Positions 12,876 to 26,439 of a DNA stretch of 64,000 bases are shown here, one piece after another; the first letter of the stretch is position 1, and each line of letters starts with the position of its first letter. Below the pieces are notes generated by a model. The model saw only the letters and a program-made list of their open reading frames with translations. It was not told the origin of the DNA and ran no database searches. Origin of the DNA: Octopus sinensis (taxonomy: Eukaryota); contig NC_043000.1 in NCBI RefSeq assembly GCF_006345805.1, forward strand, positions 6,448,001 through 6,512,000. The letters run 5' to 3'. The translations under genes were made by a program, and so were the position numbers.

Positions 12876-13437
12876 GCATATATGGGTACAGGAAGTCACC
12901 AATGGTGCAAATAATATGAAATATGTAAACAACAAGAAAAAAATGGGAAACAGGACAAGTAAACACAGAGAAAGGACCCTTCATCAGTTGTCGCCTGTCT
13001 ATCTACTACTCATTTCAAGCATTCAGAGATAATATAAGTTTTTAAAGATAGTTGCTTGTAAATTCTAAAATAGAATTTAGGATTTATGGAGGGTCAAAGT
13101 TAGGAACAAAAACATGACAGCGGAGACGTACAAGGAAACCAAACGAAAGCAAACATGGAAGGTTGTTAAACCAAAACGAGAGGAAAATAGTGAACACTGG
13201 GAGAAACATTTTATATATATATATATACATATGTATGTGTATATGTATTTGTATATGTGTCTGTGTGTGTATATATATGTATGCGTGTGTGTGTATGCAT
13301 ATATATATCTATATAGACAGATAGATATGGCTACATAGAAATATATATGAATATGTGTGTATGAATGTGAGGATATGTGTGTATGTGTGTGTGTGTGTGT
13401 GTGTGTGTAAGCATGAGTGTTTGTGTAAATTTTAGCT

Positions 13438-13751
13438 CTAGCCCTTTATTTTGTACCAGGTACCAATTTCTTTCCGTGAATGTCTCACCATTTCTTCCCA
13501 ATGATATTTAGATTTTTTATCAAATTTTGCTCCAACATAGATACGGCCAATTAAATAACCAGATTTCTCATCTCTCTTGTTATGGTGCAGCACGGAGATG
13601 ATGAAATAAATGTTTTCAAGCTGATTGTTTGGTACATCAAAAATGTAGGTCTCGTTAAAAATCGGGTTGCCATTTGTTGCATTTCTTAAGGAAGTTTTTG
13701 TTTTTTTCATTGCTCTCCCATCACTCATCAAAGCAACACGGACATAGGCAT
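13438..13751 (-). CDS. Synaptotagmin-family gene, terminal exon E (rest of C2B)
   Basis: ctcctttcag|AT GCC TAT GTC gives (D)AYVRVALMSDGRAMKKTKTS...NPIFNETYIFDVP...IGRIYVG...HWEEMVRHSRKEIGTWYKIKG*. This is the synaptotagmin C-terminal HW..M/W-H-like motif, ending in TAG at 13438-13440. Confidence 0.93.
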
Positions 13752-14559
13752 CTGAAAGGAGAGTGATACAAAATGTTTGATTAAACAATGAGCATAAAAT
13801 GTCAACAACACAGGAGAGAGAAATTTGAACAAATATCGAACTAGTTTAACACTTAAAGGTTGTACATATATACGAGAGGGTACTGGAAAGTTTGTGGCTT
13901 TAAGGGTCTCATGAAAGGCCTGGTTGGAGAACCAACCTTCCGAGTTCTTTTACAGGGCTTAGAAAAACTGAAGGACCACAGCAATAAGTATGTGAATCTG
14001 AGAGGGGAATATGTTGAATAAAATCATAGCTGATCCTCTTGTATTTTCTTTTACCCAAAGCCGAGAACTTTTCTGCCCCGTCTCCAAGATAAAAATTATA
14101 CAAACATATGTACATACATAAATAGATGTGTGTGTGTGTGTGTGTGTGTAACATATGGTATAATTATAAACTGGGTGAATTTTTACCATTTCTCTGCGGA
14201 CTGAAAAAATGATGAACGACCATAATCGATTTTCAAATTTATTTGGGTTCTCATCAGAGGAGACATCATTCTGACAATCTCCAGAGAAACAAGCAGCCAA
14301 ACTGTTTATACACTCAACAAATGCAGCAGTTACTCTATGAAGGAATCCCTAGAATTTGCATTGCAAGATTCCTGATGTGAAACCATGTGCTGAAACAGGT
14401 GTTGTTGTATTTTGGGATGGTCATTTTTTTTTCTTTTTGCCAAATAAACACATCCACTATATATATGAAATAAGTACTAGGCTTAAAAAAGTCGATTTGT
14501 TTGCTTAAAGGTGATGCTCCAGCATGGCTGCAGTCAAATGACTGAAACAAGTAAAAAGA

Positions 14560-14607
<48 letters not shown>

Positions 14608-14664
14608 TCTTTTTACTTGTTTCATATATGTGTATATATACATATATATATATATACACATATA

Positions 14665-15010
14665 TATATATTTTCACTTGTTTATTACGGTTCTTATTTT
14701 AACTCATGTCTAATGTCCGGAAACCTTTCGTCATACATCTGTGACCTCTTCAGCGATACTTTCTGTCCTCCTGTATGCTCCTGTGTGCTCCTCATGTGTT
14801 TCTACAAATGCACACAGGAATACAGATGCAAACGCATGTGCATATAAGGATACACATCATAGAACACAATGGACTAAGTGGAGCAGGAGCACACACACGG
14901 ACAGAAAGTGTTGCTGAAGAGGTCACAGATGTGTGACAAAAGATTTCTGGACATTGGATATGAGTTAAAATAAAAACAGTAATAAATGAGTGAAGAACAA
15001 ATATATAATG
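14665..15010. mobile_element. Fold-back Penelope-type tail with hammerhead-like cores
   Basis: ~14670-14795 is inverted relative to ~14880-15005. Core CUGAAGA-g-guca(...)ugac-GAAA occurs at 14714-14758 (-) and 14909-14953 (+). Stem I is weak. Confidence 0.55.
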
Positions 15011-15231
15011 TGTGTGCTTACTTGGAAAAAAAACCCAAAACAATTGACCATACTGAAATACAACAATATGTATATATATAAACAGCCGAAATCTGTGATG
15101 AGGAATCGGTTTCTGACTGAAGAACGAAGGGTTTGAATGACCCGTCTGTCTCTTATGTTTGTCCCTTCGTGTATTTCACGTTATTTATATATGTAAAGGT
15201 TTATTTTATATTATATATACATATGTATATA

Positions 15232-15272
<41 letters not shown>

Positions 15273-15307
15273 CACATATATGAAACAAGTAAAAAGAATA
15301 TGTATAT

Positions 15308-15362
<55 letters not shown>

Positions 15363-15525
15363 GTATTCTTTTTACTTGTTTCAATCATTTGACTGCAGCC
15401 ATGCTGGAGCACCACCTTTAATCATACAAATCGACTTTTGTCTCTTTTACAGACCTGCTAAGTTACGCGCACATAAACGCACCAACACCAGTTGTCAAGC
15501 AGTGATGGGGTTGACAAATATAGAT

Positions 15526-15568
<43 letters not shown>

Positions 15569-15763
15569 GAATATTTAGAGGGGTCAGAATGTTGGATGAT
15601 TATATATATCGTTTTATTTATTTACATATCTTATTTACATTTTTAGCGCTTTCTGATAATGGAAGAAAGTGCTAAAAATGCAAATAAATAAAAAAATATA
15701 TATAATCATCCAACATTCTAACTACCTTATTATTCTAAATATACAATATCTGCACATCACTTC

Positions 15764-15834
<71 letters not shown>

Positions 15835-15836
<2 letters not shown>

Positions 15837-16300
15837 CAACAAGAGGCTTCCAAATAGGAAAGTCTTGTGCTAGAAAGAGCAGTAGAAAACTCAAACCACC
15901 AATTAAGGATAAATTCTCAAGAGGAATGAAAATTAAAAACGTTTACCATCTCAATTATTTTCCAGACCATGGTTTCTAACTATTTCCAGCAAAAAAATAT
16001 TTGCTGAAGGCTAGTCTTCATCAGTGGGAAGCCTTTGGATTTCAAATATACATACAGCCAGATCCATATGTAAAACTAACTGCCTGTACATCCTAACCTT
16101 TCAGACCACTGCACAGACACAGATTATACCTTTCGAGAATTTATCCTTAATTGGTGGTTTGATTTTTCTACTGCTCTTTCTAGCACAAGGCTTTCCTATT
16201 TGGAAGCCTCTTGTATTTCTATGTGAATAATATATAGTCTAATGACTAATTCATTTTTGTAATAGGCCATTGGTAATAATAATTTCTTATTACCCTATTG

Positions 16301-16310
<10 letters not shown>
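15835..16310 (-). mobile_element. Penelope-type pseudo-LTR element with inverted arms
   Basis: 15840-15919 is the reverse complement of ~16134-16214. Flanked by (TA)n, with a hammerhead-like motif inside. Confidence 0.65.
15958..16030 (-). ncRNA. Type-I hammerhead-like motif with canonical core and GUC site
   Basis: uuccca-CUGAUGA-a-gacua...uucagcaaa(loop)uuugcugga...uaguu-a-GAA-ACCAUGGU-C-uggaaa. Confidence 0.7.
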
Positions 16311-16332
<22 letters not shown>

Positions 16333-16690
16333 GAATGTATGTATGTATATATGAATAATATGAATGAACAGTCACATTTCAGTACAACATATGTTTTGAA
16401 AAATAAAAGTCCAGCAAATTATATGTGCAATCATGTAATTATGTTATAATGTAGGGGTAATCAGTCTTTTTGTCAGGTACATGACTGTTTATAATTATAA
16501 TCAATTTTACATTGAATGATATGTGATAAAAAAAACGTGTGAGTCAATTAGAAGGCAAGGAGGAGTGATCAAGAAGTTTTTCAAGCAACCAATCAATCAC
16601 GTTTACACATGTGTATGTATACATGTGTGTGTGTGTGTGTGTGTGTGTGAGTGAGTGTGAGTGTGTGTCTGTGTGTGTATATGTATATAA

Positions 16691-16732
<42 letters not shown>

Positions 16733-17759
16733 CTTAGACAAAATGAGATAACAAAGCAAAGGACATTTATAAGGAAAAAGATACAGATACAGATACCCTT
16801 TATCAGAGACGATGTGAGATGGTTAAATAGAGGTAAATATTTGAGTCCGAAATAAGGAATTATTTCGGAAAAGGAGGAGATAGGGAATATAGAGGGAAAT
16901 GAGGGAATGGAAGTAGAAATAAAATATAAAATATTGTAGTTGCAGTTCTATTATTCGAGTTAAGTGGTGTATGGAAGTGGTAAAAAGTTTTCTGTACATG
17001 GTATGTAAGTTCCAGTGGTAGTTCATGTTTAGTCATTTCAAAGTATGGAGCCATGGATTCTGTATTGCTCATTCGAAGGGGCTTTGTGGTGTGAATAAAA
17101 ATTTGAGAATGTATTGGTAGTATTTGTTGATAGATGGTGGGGGAAGGATGTGTATGATTAGAATGAGGAGATAGGTCAAAATGAAGACACAAAGAGAAAA
17201 TGAGAGGGAGAAAGTAAAAAGAGAAAAAGGACAAAAAAATAAATATATAAATAAATAAATAAATAAAATAAAAAGAGGTAGAAAGAGAGAAAAAAAGAAA
17301 GAAAATTGAAAAGAGTGAAAACAAAAAATTGAAAGGGGGTGAAAGAAGTGAGAAAAGGAGTGTTAGTTGGTGGTCAAGATAATGTGAGGGGAGAATGGAA
17401 GAGGATGGGGTAGGGGGGATAGGAAGAGATTAGAAGGTAAGGAGTGAATAAGTGCGAGATATATGAGTTGGGGGTAAAATGACAGGGCTGCATTAAGGGA
17501 TTGTTAGTGAAAAGGTATGGGTTGGGTGATACCAAAGTGAGTAGTTGTTCTAGTAGTAAAATTTAAAGTAGAGTGAAGAATACAAGGATGTCAAATTTTT
17601 ATAAATAGACGTATGAGATAGGTTAGTGAGAATGGCAGGAATCAGAGAAGAGGAAAGAAAGTATAATGACATATGTACACATGCATATGTCATTATGCAC
17701 GCCTTCCTCCAACTGTTAAACATGGAGGAGGATCTGCAATGATCTGGGGGGGGGCTATA

Positions 17760-18260
17760 TCTTGGAAATCCACCAACGCAATGGTTTCCCTTCTTGGCAG
17801 AATTAATAATCAAGACTAATTAAGCATTTTATCTGATCAAATTCATCCTATGGTTGCAGAACTGTTTCCGGAAGGAAATACAATCTTTCAGGATGATAAG
17901 GAACCTATTCACACAACTAAAATTGTTACTGAATGGCATGAGGAACATTCTAGTGAAGTTGAACATCTTATCTGGCCACCACAGTCCCCAGATCTCAATA
18001 TTATCGAACATTTATGGTGCATTTTAGAAAAACAAGTAAGGAGTCGATATCCTCCACCATCATCACTACAAGAATTGGAATCTGTTTTAGCTGAAGAATG
18101 GACAAAAATTCCTTTGAAAACAATTCAAACTTTGTACGAGTCCATATCTCGCAGAATTCAAGCTGTAATTACTGCCAAAGGCGGTCCTGCCCCATATTCC
18201 ATATTAAAATAAATTTGTTTGAAATTTTAACGTGTTTCCATTATTTTGTCCAGCCCTTGT
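17760..18260 (+). mobile_element. Tc1-like transposon, 3' half (DD34E transposase fragment plus right end)
   Basis: IFQDDKEPIH...WPPQSPDLNIIEHLW...RRIQAVITAKGG. Ends ...attattttgtccagcccttg|TA. Confidence 0.9.
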
Positions 18261-20996
18261 ATATATGAAGAGCTTCTTTCAGTTTTCATCCACCAAATCC
18301 ATTCACAAGGTTTTGGCCAGCCCGAGACTATAGTAGTAGACCCTTCAGGGGACTGAACCAGGAACCATGTGGTTGGGAAGCAAGCGCTTCTTACTGCACA
18401 GTCATGTCTGTGCCGATAATGAAACATTTTCAAAATATTTCCATCTGTATTACATTTCAATCAGTCTGGTACTTAATTGACTTCAGGTGTCTTATTAATA
18501 GATGTGTACGTAGTATTATATTGGGTTAAGACTATGTATTATGTAACTGACACTGGCATTTTGCAGTTATGACGACAAGGACTCCAGTTTATTTTACCAA
18601 CAGAACAGCCTGCTTGTGAAATTAACATGCAAGATACATGCACCCTTAACATAGTTCTCAGGGAGACTCACCGTGAGACAGAATGTGACAAGGCTGGCCC
18701 TTAGAAATATAGGTTCTACTCATTTTTGTCAGCTGAGTAGAGTGGGGCAATATGAAATAAAGTGTCTTGTTTAAGGACACAATGCATCACTGAGAATTGA
18801 ACTCATGACCATATGATTGCGAGCTGAATACCCTAACTGCTAAGCCACACTTTGTACACATACAGGAATGTGTTATGTACTCATAGAGGAATGAAACACT
18901 TGATAATTGGAGATCAAACCACTCAAAGTGTATTCTAGATATAAATTTTTAAAAAGTGTTCTGCTTGAAAGGTGAGATTATTAGTCAAAACAATTGTAAC
19001 ATTTTATGGAATAAATCTTGAAGCAGACAAAGCTATAAATAATAGTGTGTAAATATTGGGTTGAAAAAGAAACCCCCCTACTTTTTAGATAAAAAAAGTC
19101 AAAGGCTGCCCTTGGGATGTGAACCCACATCTCTTTTATGCATGACAGATGATCTACCGTTGGACCAAAGCAGTTCTCTGAAATTCTCTATCCATTTTAG
19201 AAGCTTTGTTCTTACCAGTGAAAATTGTATGGTGTTGACATCATAAGAATTTATAAACTTTTGAGAGAATGTAGAATAATTTTTATTTTGGAAGAGATCT
19301 CAAAGCACAAATAAAACTATAAATAACATCAGGTAAATCTAGGATGCATCTCAGCAATTTGCTTAAATATTTTCTTTTGTAAGGGAGAGGATTGATACCG
19401 TATTTACTTATTTTGTAATAATCCCTTTTACTAAAGGCACAAGGCCTGAAATTTGTGAAGAGGGGGCTAGTTGATTACATCAACCTCAGTGTTTCACTGG
19501 TACTTAATTTATCGACCCCAGAAAGATGAAAGCAAAGTTGACCTTGGTGAAATTTGAACTCAGAACGTAAAGACGGATGAAATACCTATTTCTTTACTAC
19601 CCACACGGGGTTAAACACAGAGGGGACGAACAAGGACAGACAAACGGAATAAGTCGATTATATTGACCCCAGTGCATAACTGGTACTTATTTAATCGACC
19701 CCGAAAGGATGAAAGGCAAAGTCGACCTCGGCAGAATTTGAACTCAGAATGTAGTGGCAGACGAAAGCATTTTGCCCGATGTGCTAACCACTCTGCCAGC
19801 TTGCCACCTTACTTATTTTGTAATGATAACAACAATAATGATGATTTCAAATTTTGGCAAAAGGCCAGCAATTTTGAAAGAGAATGAAAGTCAGTTACAT
19901 AGACCCCAGTGCTCAGCTGGTACTTATTTCATAGAACCCAAAAGGATGAAAGGCAAAGTCAACCCTGGCAACATTCAAACTCAGAATGTAAAGAGATGAA
20001 ATATTGCTAAGCATTTTGCCCAGTGTGCTAACAATGCTGTCAGCTCACCACCTTAATAACAATAATAATATTCCAATAACATATATCTATTTTGAATTAG
20101 CCTTTTAGCATTAAAACCAGCCGTATCCAACCCAAATATTATACCTGTTTTATGTTCATACCAGACAAATTTGGTCTTTCACATGTAGTATCATCCTACA
20201 TGTATCATTCTAGCCTCTAACATGTATCTTTCTATATATCATACAATGTCAATCTAAAAATACACTATCATATCATTTAAATCTTAAAAGCCATGAGATA
20301 ACGAATGATAAACTTAAAACAATGTGAACAAATAATGACAAAGTTATCTGAGTGCTAACGGGTTAAATTACCTTGTGAGTGTAATTTATTTATTTGTGGA
20401 AATCAGATAACTTCTTTCAAATCAGAAGTTACTGCTAATTCATTTTTTGTTTTCGTTTTTGTTTTCAAATCAGAAAGAACAAAAGAGAGAAAGAGACATT
20501 GTTGGTTCATGATGTGCTACACAGACACAGAAGTGCCAGCAGCCAGACTTGTCCCAGATATGTGCAGATTGAGGATGGAAATTTTCTGCACAGACTTATT
20601 ACTGCGTCTGAGTATTGCTCACTTGTGGGGTTGTACAATTGTTGTTATATGAACGACATCTAATCAAGTCTGTTAATCAAGTATGACACCTAGTCAAGTC
20701 TATTAGGAAGTAATTACAACATGGAAGGTTCATCTTTGCCATTCAAAAGCGAAAGTCTGTTAACTTCATTTAATTATTTATTACTTGGTGCCAAAATGTT
20801 CATTGTATTGTCCGTGACCTGGTCACTAGCATAATTCCACTGCAACAGATCTGAAACTAGGTTTTTGGCCAATATGTATAAGCCTTGGGGTTATAACACC
20901 AAATAATAAGTGATCAAGTGAAGCTGACAGCTTTTGTGTGTTTTTCGAAAAGCTAAAGTGAGTCTTCAAAACAGTAATTATTTTAGTTTCAGGACA

Positions 20997-21032
<36 letters not shown>

Positions 21033-21809
21033 TATTTAACATCCATTTTCCATGCTGGCATGGGTTGGACAGTTTGACCAGAGCTGGCAAGCTGGAGAGC
21101 TGCATCAGGCTCCAGTCTCATTCGACATGGTCTCTACAGCTGGATGCCCTTCCTAATGCCAACCACTTTACAGAGTGTGCATGAGCGCTTTTACGTGACA
21201 CCAGTACAGAATTGCAGGCCAATCCTTTTCACCAATGGGACTGGCCTTAACACTTCTGCTGTGGAGTATGGATCTTCTTGGGTACAGCAAGGCACCAGGT
21301 ATCTCAGTCCTTTGTCATCTCAACTGAAAGGTTTTTCAGATCAAATCACTTGCAAGGGTGGTGGATCAACAGAATTATTAGTGCAATAGGACAAAATTCT
21401 AGATGTAATTTTGATGGATCTGTCCCTCACTCTGAAGATCTCAATTTCAAGATATTTGTATTTAACCCTTTAACTGCAAAATTAAATTCCCTGATTATTC
21501 AATATTAAATATCAATATTAAATATCTACCAAAAAATAAAATATCAATATTAAATATGTGCCAAAAAATAAAATTGGTATTTTCTGCCAATTGACATATC
21601 TCAATAAAAAATAGTTTCAAGAATGACTTTGTTCAACAAAAGATAAATTGGTACATAAAAATGCTTTCCATAATTAAGGGTAATGAGTTTTTTAAGTGGA
21701 AATATCTACTTTCTAAAGTAAATGGATTAAGTAATTTGTCTGGAAACTTAACTGAGGTGTTACAGGCTGCGGGTATTGTCATATCAATCAGTGTACAAGT
21801 TTTATCTTT

Positions 21810-22060
21810 TGTCTTTTAGTTATGATGTCTGGTTTGTTTGCTTTGATTTCTCTGTCAGTCTACACTGCAATGTCCCATAGGATGGAAACATTGTCATTCT
21901 TGGCAACTGTTTGTGGTTGGTGGTCAAACCAGTTTGCAGAGACTTTAATGTTATATTCCATGCCGATTTTCCAGGGTAGATTGCTGCTGGCTTGTTGTGT
22001 TGGGGGATATATTTGCTTTTATCAATACTGGGCAGCCGGAAATAATGTGGTCAGTGATTT
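21810..22060 (-). pseudogene. Dong/R4-like RLE LINE fragment
   Basis: Minus strand reads ...ENDNVSILWDIAV*TDREIKANKPDII, the restriction-like endonuclease region. Confidence 0.65.
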
Positions 22061-23580
22061 CTTCAAAGACTCCACATATCTTATACATTTTCTCTATACA
22101 AAATTAAATTTGCTGTGAAATTGTTATTTCATTGACTCTTTATGGATAAAAAGCAAAGTTGATCTCAGTAGAATTTGAACTCAAAATGTAGACAGCAGGA
22201 TCAAATATTGGCTTCAAACTTTTTTGGCACAAGGCCTGTAATTTCAATGAAGGGGTTGATCAATTACATTGACCCCAGTGTTCAACTGAAACTAATTTTA
22301 TCAACCCCGAAAGGATGAAAGACAAATTTTACCTCAGCAAAATTTGAACTCAGAATGTAAAGATAGACAAAATGCCGCTAAGCATTTTGCCCAGCATGAT
22401 AACAATTCTACCAGTCTGCCACTTTAAGTAGGACGAAATATTAAAAGGACTTTTGTCTGAAGCTCTAACAATTCTGTCAAACTATTACCTTTAATTTCTA
22501 ATGTTGGTACAAGTACATACGTTTTGGAAGAGGAATTAGTCAATGAAATCAGTCCCAGTAATTTATCTTATTGATATCTGAAGGATGAAAGGTAAAAATT
22601 GATTTAGGTAAGATTTGCACTCAGAAGGTCAAGAGTCAAAAGAAAATCTGATTTCTTTTTTTTTTTTTTGCTTTTTATTCCAGCTATAAAGAATGCATTT
22701 TGAGACGCATCAGTTATCTAAAATGGACAAAATTCTTGAAGAATTTTAAGCTAATTCACATTTTAGTACATGATTATTTTGTAAATTATAAGTTGGAACT
22801 GATCAGGAAACATAACTTTAATGGCCTACAGCATTTTCTAATCTTGTTCATCTTTTTCTTCTTTTAAGACTTAGGAATTTCAGAATATTTGGCTGCTCTC
22901 ATCTTTCATTTGCCAAGGAGCTGAAGAATTAAAAATATCCAGTATTTTCGCATCTCATTCTCTGTCTGTCTCCCTCTCTCTCTTTCTCTTTCTCTCTCTC
23001 TCTCTCTCTCTCTTGTTTTTTCTTTCCTTTGATGACTCTAGAGTTTTAGAATATGTAGCTATTCTCATCTTTCACCTTTGCTAAGCAATTAAAGAATTGA
23101 GAAAAATAACTTTCTGGATGTTCTCAAATTCTGCTATTTTACCATCCAGTGAATCAGGAGACAGAGATATTCAAGATAATATTCTGCCAAAGATTCTTAG
23201 TTTTAGTATCTCCCGTTTCCATGGGATAAAGTTTCCAAGAATTTGCTCGGTCATTCATGTACTTTGATTTACATATTTTGAATTGCATTTTTGGAAAATG
23301 AGATTCTCTATTTGTTAACTCTTTTGTAACCATATTTCTTTTGAAATACACAGTTTTTCTTTCAATGAAGTTGGGAAAAAAAAATGAAGAATTTATTAAA
23401 GTAACTTCATCATTATTAAGTTGATGTTTATAAGTGGGTGTGAAAAGTTCTTAGCTTTAAGAGTATCATGAAAGGCCTGGTTGGAGGTCCAATCTTCCAA
23501 GTTCTTTTACAGAGCTTAGAAAAACTGAAGGACTGCTGGACCACTGTGATAAGTGTGTGAGTCTGAGAGGGGGGGGAATA

Positions 23581-23969
23581 TCTTTATATATAAAAGTGAA
23601 GTTGTGTGTCTGTCTCCTACGATTTAGATTCCTAACTACTCCCACATTTTGCAGTGCAGTTTAACCAAAATCTTATAGTCGTGATTCTTATCGAGCCCTT
23701 CTGAGTATTAGCGCGCATCTACGATGAGTCTACGATTTTAAAAATAATTTACCATCATTTTTATCATTTTAATGCATTTTTTCGCTATTATATAAGGGAA
23801 GTAACTCTCTAAAAATGTCTACGATGAGTCAACGATTTAAAAAAAAATTTACCATAATTTTTTTCCATTTTTAATGCATTTTTTTGCTATTTTTTGGCTA
23901 TAACTCTCTAAAAATGCTTATATAGTTATTTCCCTTACAAACCCGAGCAACGCTGGGCGATACTGCTAG
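23581..23969 (+). mobile_element. Non-autonomous Helitron inserted into a mariner-type MITE
   Basis: 5' A|TCTTTATATATAAAAG; 3' hairpin cccgagcaacgctggg followed by ...CTAG|T. It splits the 23437-24040 MITE and has an internal ~100-bp duplication (tctacgatgagtc..cgatttaaaaa). Confidence 0.8.
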
Positions 23970-24243
23970 TATTGAATAAAATCATAATAAACTGATCCTC
24001 CTCTATTTTATTTTATCCAAAATCTGGAACTTTTCAGCACATACAACACAAAATAAATTTTTAATAAGAAGTTTAACTTTACATCACTTTAAAACCCTTT
24101 AACATTGAAATAGGCCATATCCACTCCAAATACTCTACTGGTTTTATGTGCAAAATGACCAGACTGAGCATTTCTCACCTACTCTGCAATGTCATTCTAA
24201 AAGTAAACTATCACATCATCAAAATCGCAGTGACAGGATAATA

Positions 24244-24809
24244 TTGGGTTGTCCGGAAAGTTCGTGCTGATTTTTAAAGGAAAGAAAAAGGTCAATAAAT
24301 ACTTGCCATTGCATTTTTAATCAACCAAATATGAACCATTTTGTTGCACAATGCATCTCCATCTTTCCTTTAACTTGAAAATACCCTCTTCCCAGAATTG
24401 AGGTGGTTTCATGGCAAAGAATTCATCAAGGTATCTTTTTATGTCATCCAAGGAATTGAAATTTTTACCATTAAAACTATTCTGCAGAAACCTGAATAAG
24501 TGGAAATCTGAAGGAGCAATATCTGGTGAATATGGAGGGTGGGGTAACACATCCCAGCCAAGCTGCAGGAATTTTTGTCTGGTTCCCAAAGCATCAAGTA
24601 CCGAAAATGAACTTTCTTATCTACCATTTTAAGGGGTTACAGAATTAACACAGGTTATAGGAACATAAACCTTCTTCCGCGAAAAGATAGCTTAAACTGT
24701 GCTCTAAATGGAGGTGTAGTCAAATCTTATTTTATGGACTCAACCATGTTCTAAAATAAGTCGAAAGGTAAGTTACTATAAATCGGTGTGAACTTTCCGG
24801 ACAACCCAA
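24244..24809 (-). mobile_element. Internally deleted mariner element with both TIRs and TA TSDs
   Basis: TA|ttgggttgtccggaaagttc...gaactttccggacaacccaa|TA. The ORF remnant includes LGWDVLPHPPYSPDIAPSDFHLF (mariner YSPDL..D motif). Nested in a piggyBac-like MITE (~24092-24884). Confidence 0.92.
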
Positions 24810-25109
24810 TACATGATTAATTCGAAACAATGTGAATAAATAAGCATTAGTTTTGATAAAATAATGTGAATGCTAACGGTTTAAAATAGGAAGTCTGGAC
24901 CTTAAAACCAAAGGGGATCAAGGATGAGTTGGTATCAAAAGGGTTAACTTGTTTTATCTTATTCAAAGTTGCTTATATCACATGTTGTTAAGTGAGTAAT
25001 TAAGGAATCAGATTTGGTTTCTTGAAGACTGAATGCATTAATATCATAGAATTTATCTGCAGAGAATATCTCTATAAAAGTACAAATTTAAATACCACAC
25101 ATACGTACG

Positions 25110-25141
<32 letters not shown>

Positions 25142-25159
25142 CATACATACATACATACA

Positions 25160-25191
<32 letters not shown>

Positions 25192-25291
25192 GACATACAG
25201 GCATGCATATATACATACATAAGCATAGACATATGCACATGTGTACATACATGTACACACACACAGAATACATACATATATGTGTATACAT

Positions 25292-25341
<50 letters not shown>

Positions 25342-25876
25342 AGTGATGGCTTTTTGCCAGCATAATGTGGCAATCCCAGGAAGGGGAGGAATGTTACTGT
25401 TATGATGGAAAGTTTAGATTTAAATCAGTTTAAATAGGAAGACAGTATCATAAAACCAGAAGTGTTCCCAGGCAAGTTCATATGAAAAGAGTTAATACAA
25501 GGAACATTATTCTATAGAAATAGCTAAAATAAGGAACATCTGGATGAAGTACAAATAAATTCATAAGTAAATAAATACATAAATAAATAAATAAACTGCT
25601 ACACAAAATTAGCTTCCATTTAATTAAAATAGTCTAACGTGTTGTTTTGTTTTTGTGTTATTTTTCCCTTGCAAAACGTTGGAGTGGGTGGGAGGGGGGT
25701 TGTCAATGCTATGGGATAAATCGAGATGATGAATGACAAAAGGTTACGAACAACTGATGTAAATCATAATTAGATGTTAGCAGAAACAAATTACATTACG
25801 GTATCTCAATTTGAGAAGATAGGACGGCAGGTGTGCAAAGGTGTAATTAGTAACCAAGTCATCCTGGCAGTTTTCG

Positions 25877-25908
<32 letters not shown>

Positions 25909-26004
25909 CACACACATACATACATACATATGTGCATGTGTGTGTGTGTATTGCTGCCTGTGTATGTATGTATGTATATATATATATATATTTATATATA
26001 TGTG

Positions 26005-26322
26005 AAGGCACATGGCTCAGTGGTTTGAGCGTTGATCTTACGATCGTGAGGTTGTGAGTTCGAACCCTGGACTGGGCTGTGTGTTGTGTTCTTGAGCAAG
26101 ACACTTTATTTCCCGTTGCTCCAGTTCACTCAGCTGGCAAAAATGAGTTGCGACATCACAGGTGCGCTGGAATGCACTGGTGGCATGGAGAGAGGAGGCC
26201 GGTATGCATGGGTGACTGCTGGTCTTCATGTGTCTTCCATAAACAACCTTGCCCAGACTTGTGCCTGGGAGGGTAACTTTCTAGGTGCAATCCCATGATC
26301 AGTCATGACCAAAGGGGATCTC
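26005..26322 (+). mobile_element. tRNA-derived SINE
   Basis: A box TGGCTCAGTGGT and B box GTTCGAACCC, followed by 'cttgagcaagacacttta'. Related heads lie at ~34180-34437, ~35420-35708 (-) and ~56757-57031 (-). Confidence 0.75.
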
Positions 26323-26324
26323 AA

Positions 26325-26383
<59 letters not shown>

Positions 26384-26405
26384 ATATATATATATATATA
26401 TAAAA

Positions 26406-26436
<31 letters not shown>

Positions 26437-26439
<3 letters not shown>

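Noticed and set aside
15086-15140. GAAA...CTGAAGA arrangement suggesting a permuted hammerhead (also ~32175-32210 and ~12975-13020)
   Set aside because: I could not build consistent stems I and II by eye, so it was not called. It needs a family alignment.
16740-17680. Possible further decayed Penelope-like ORF on the minus strand
   Set aside because: Only vague similarity with many stops, too degraded to support a call.
23154-23380. Unique-looking minus-strand ORF in the synaptotagmin intron
   Set aside because: No recognisable domain and no convincing splice sites.
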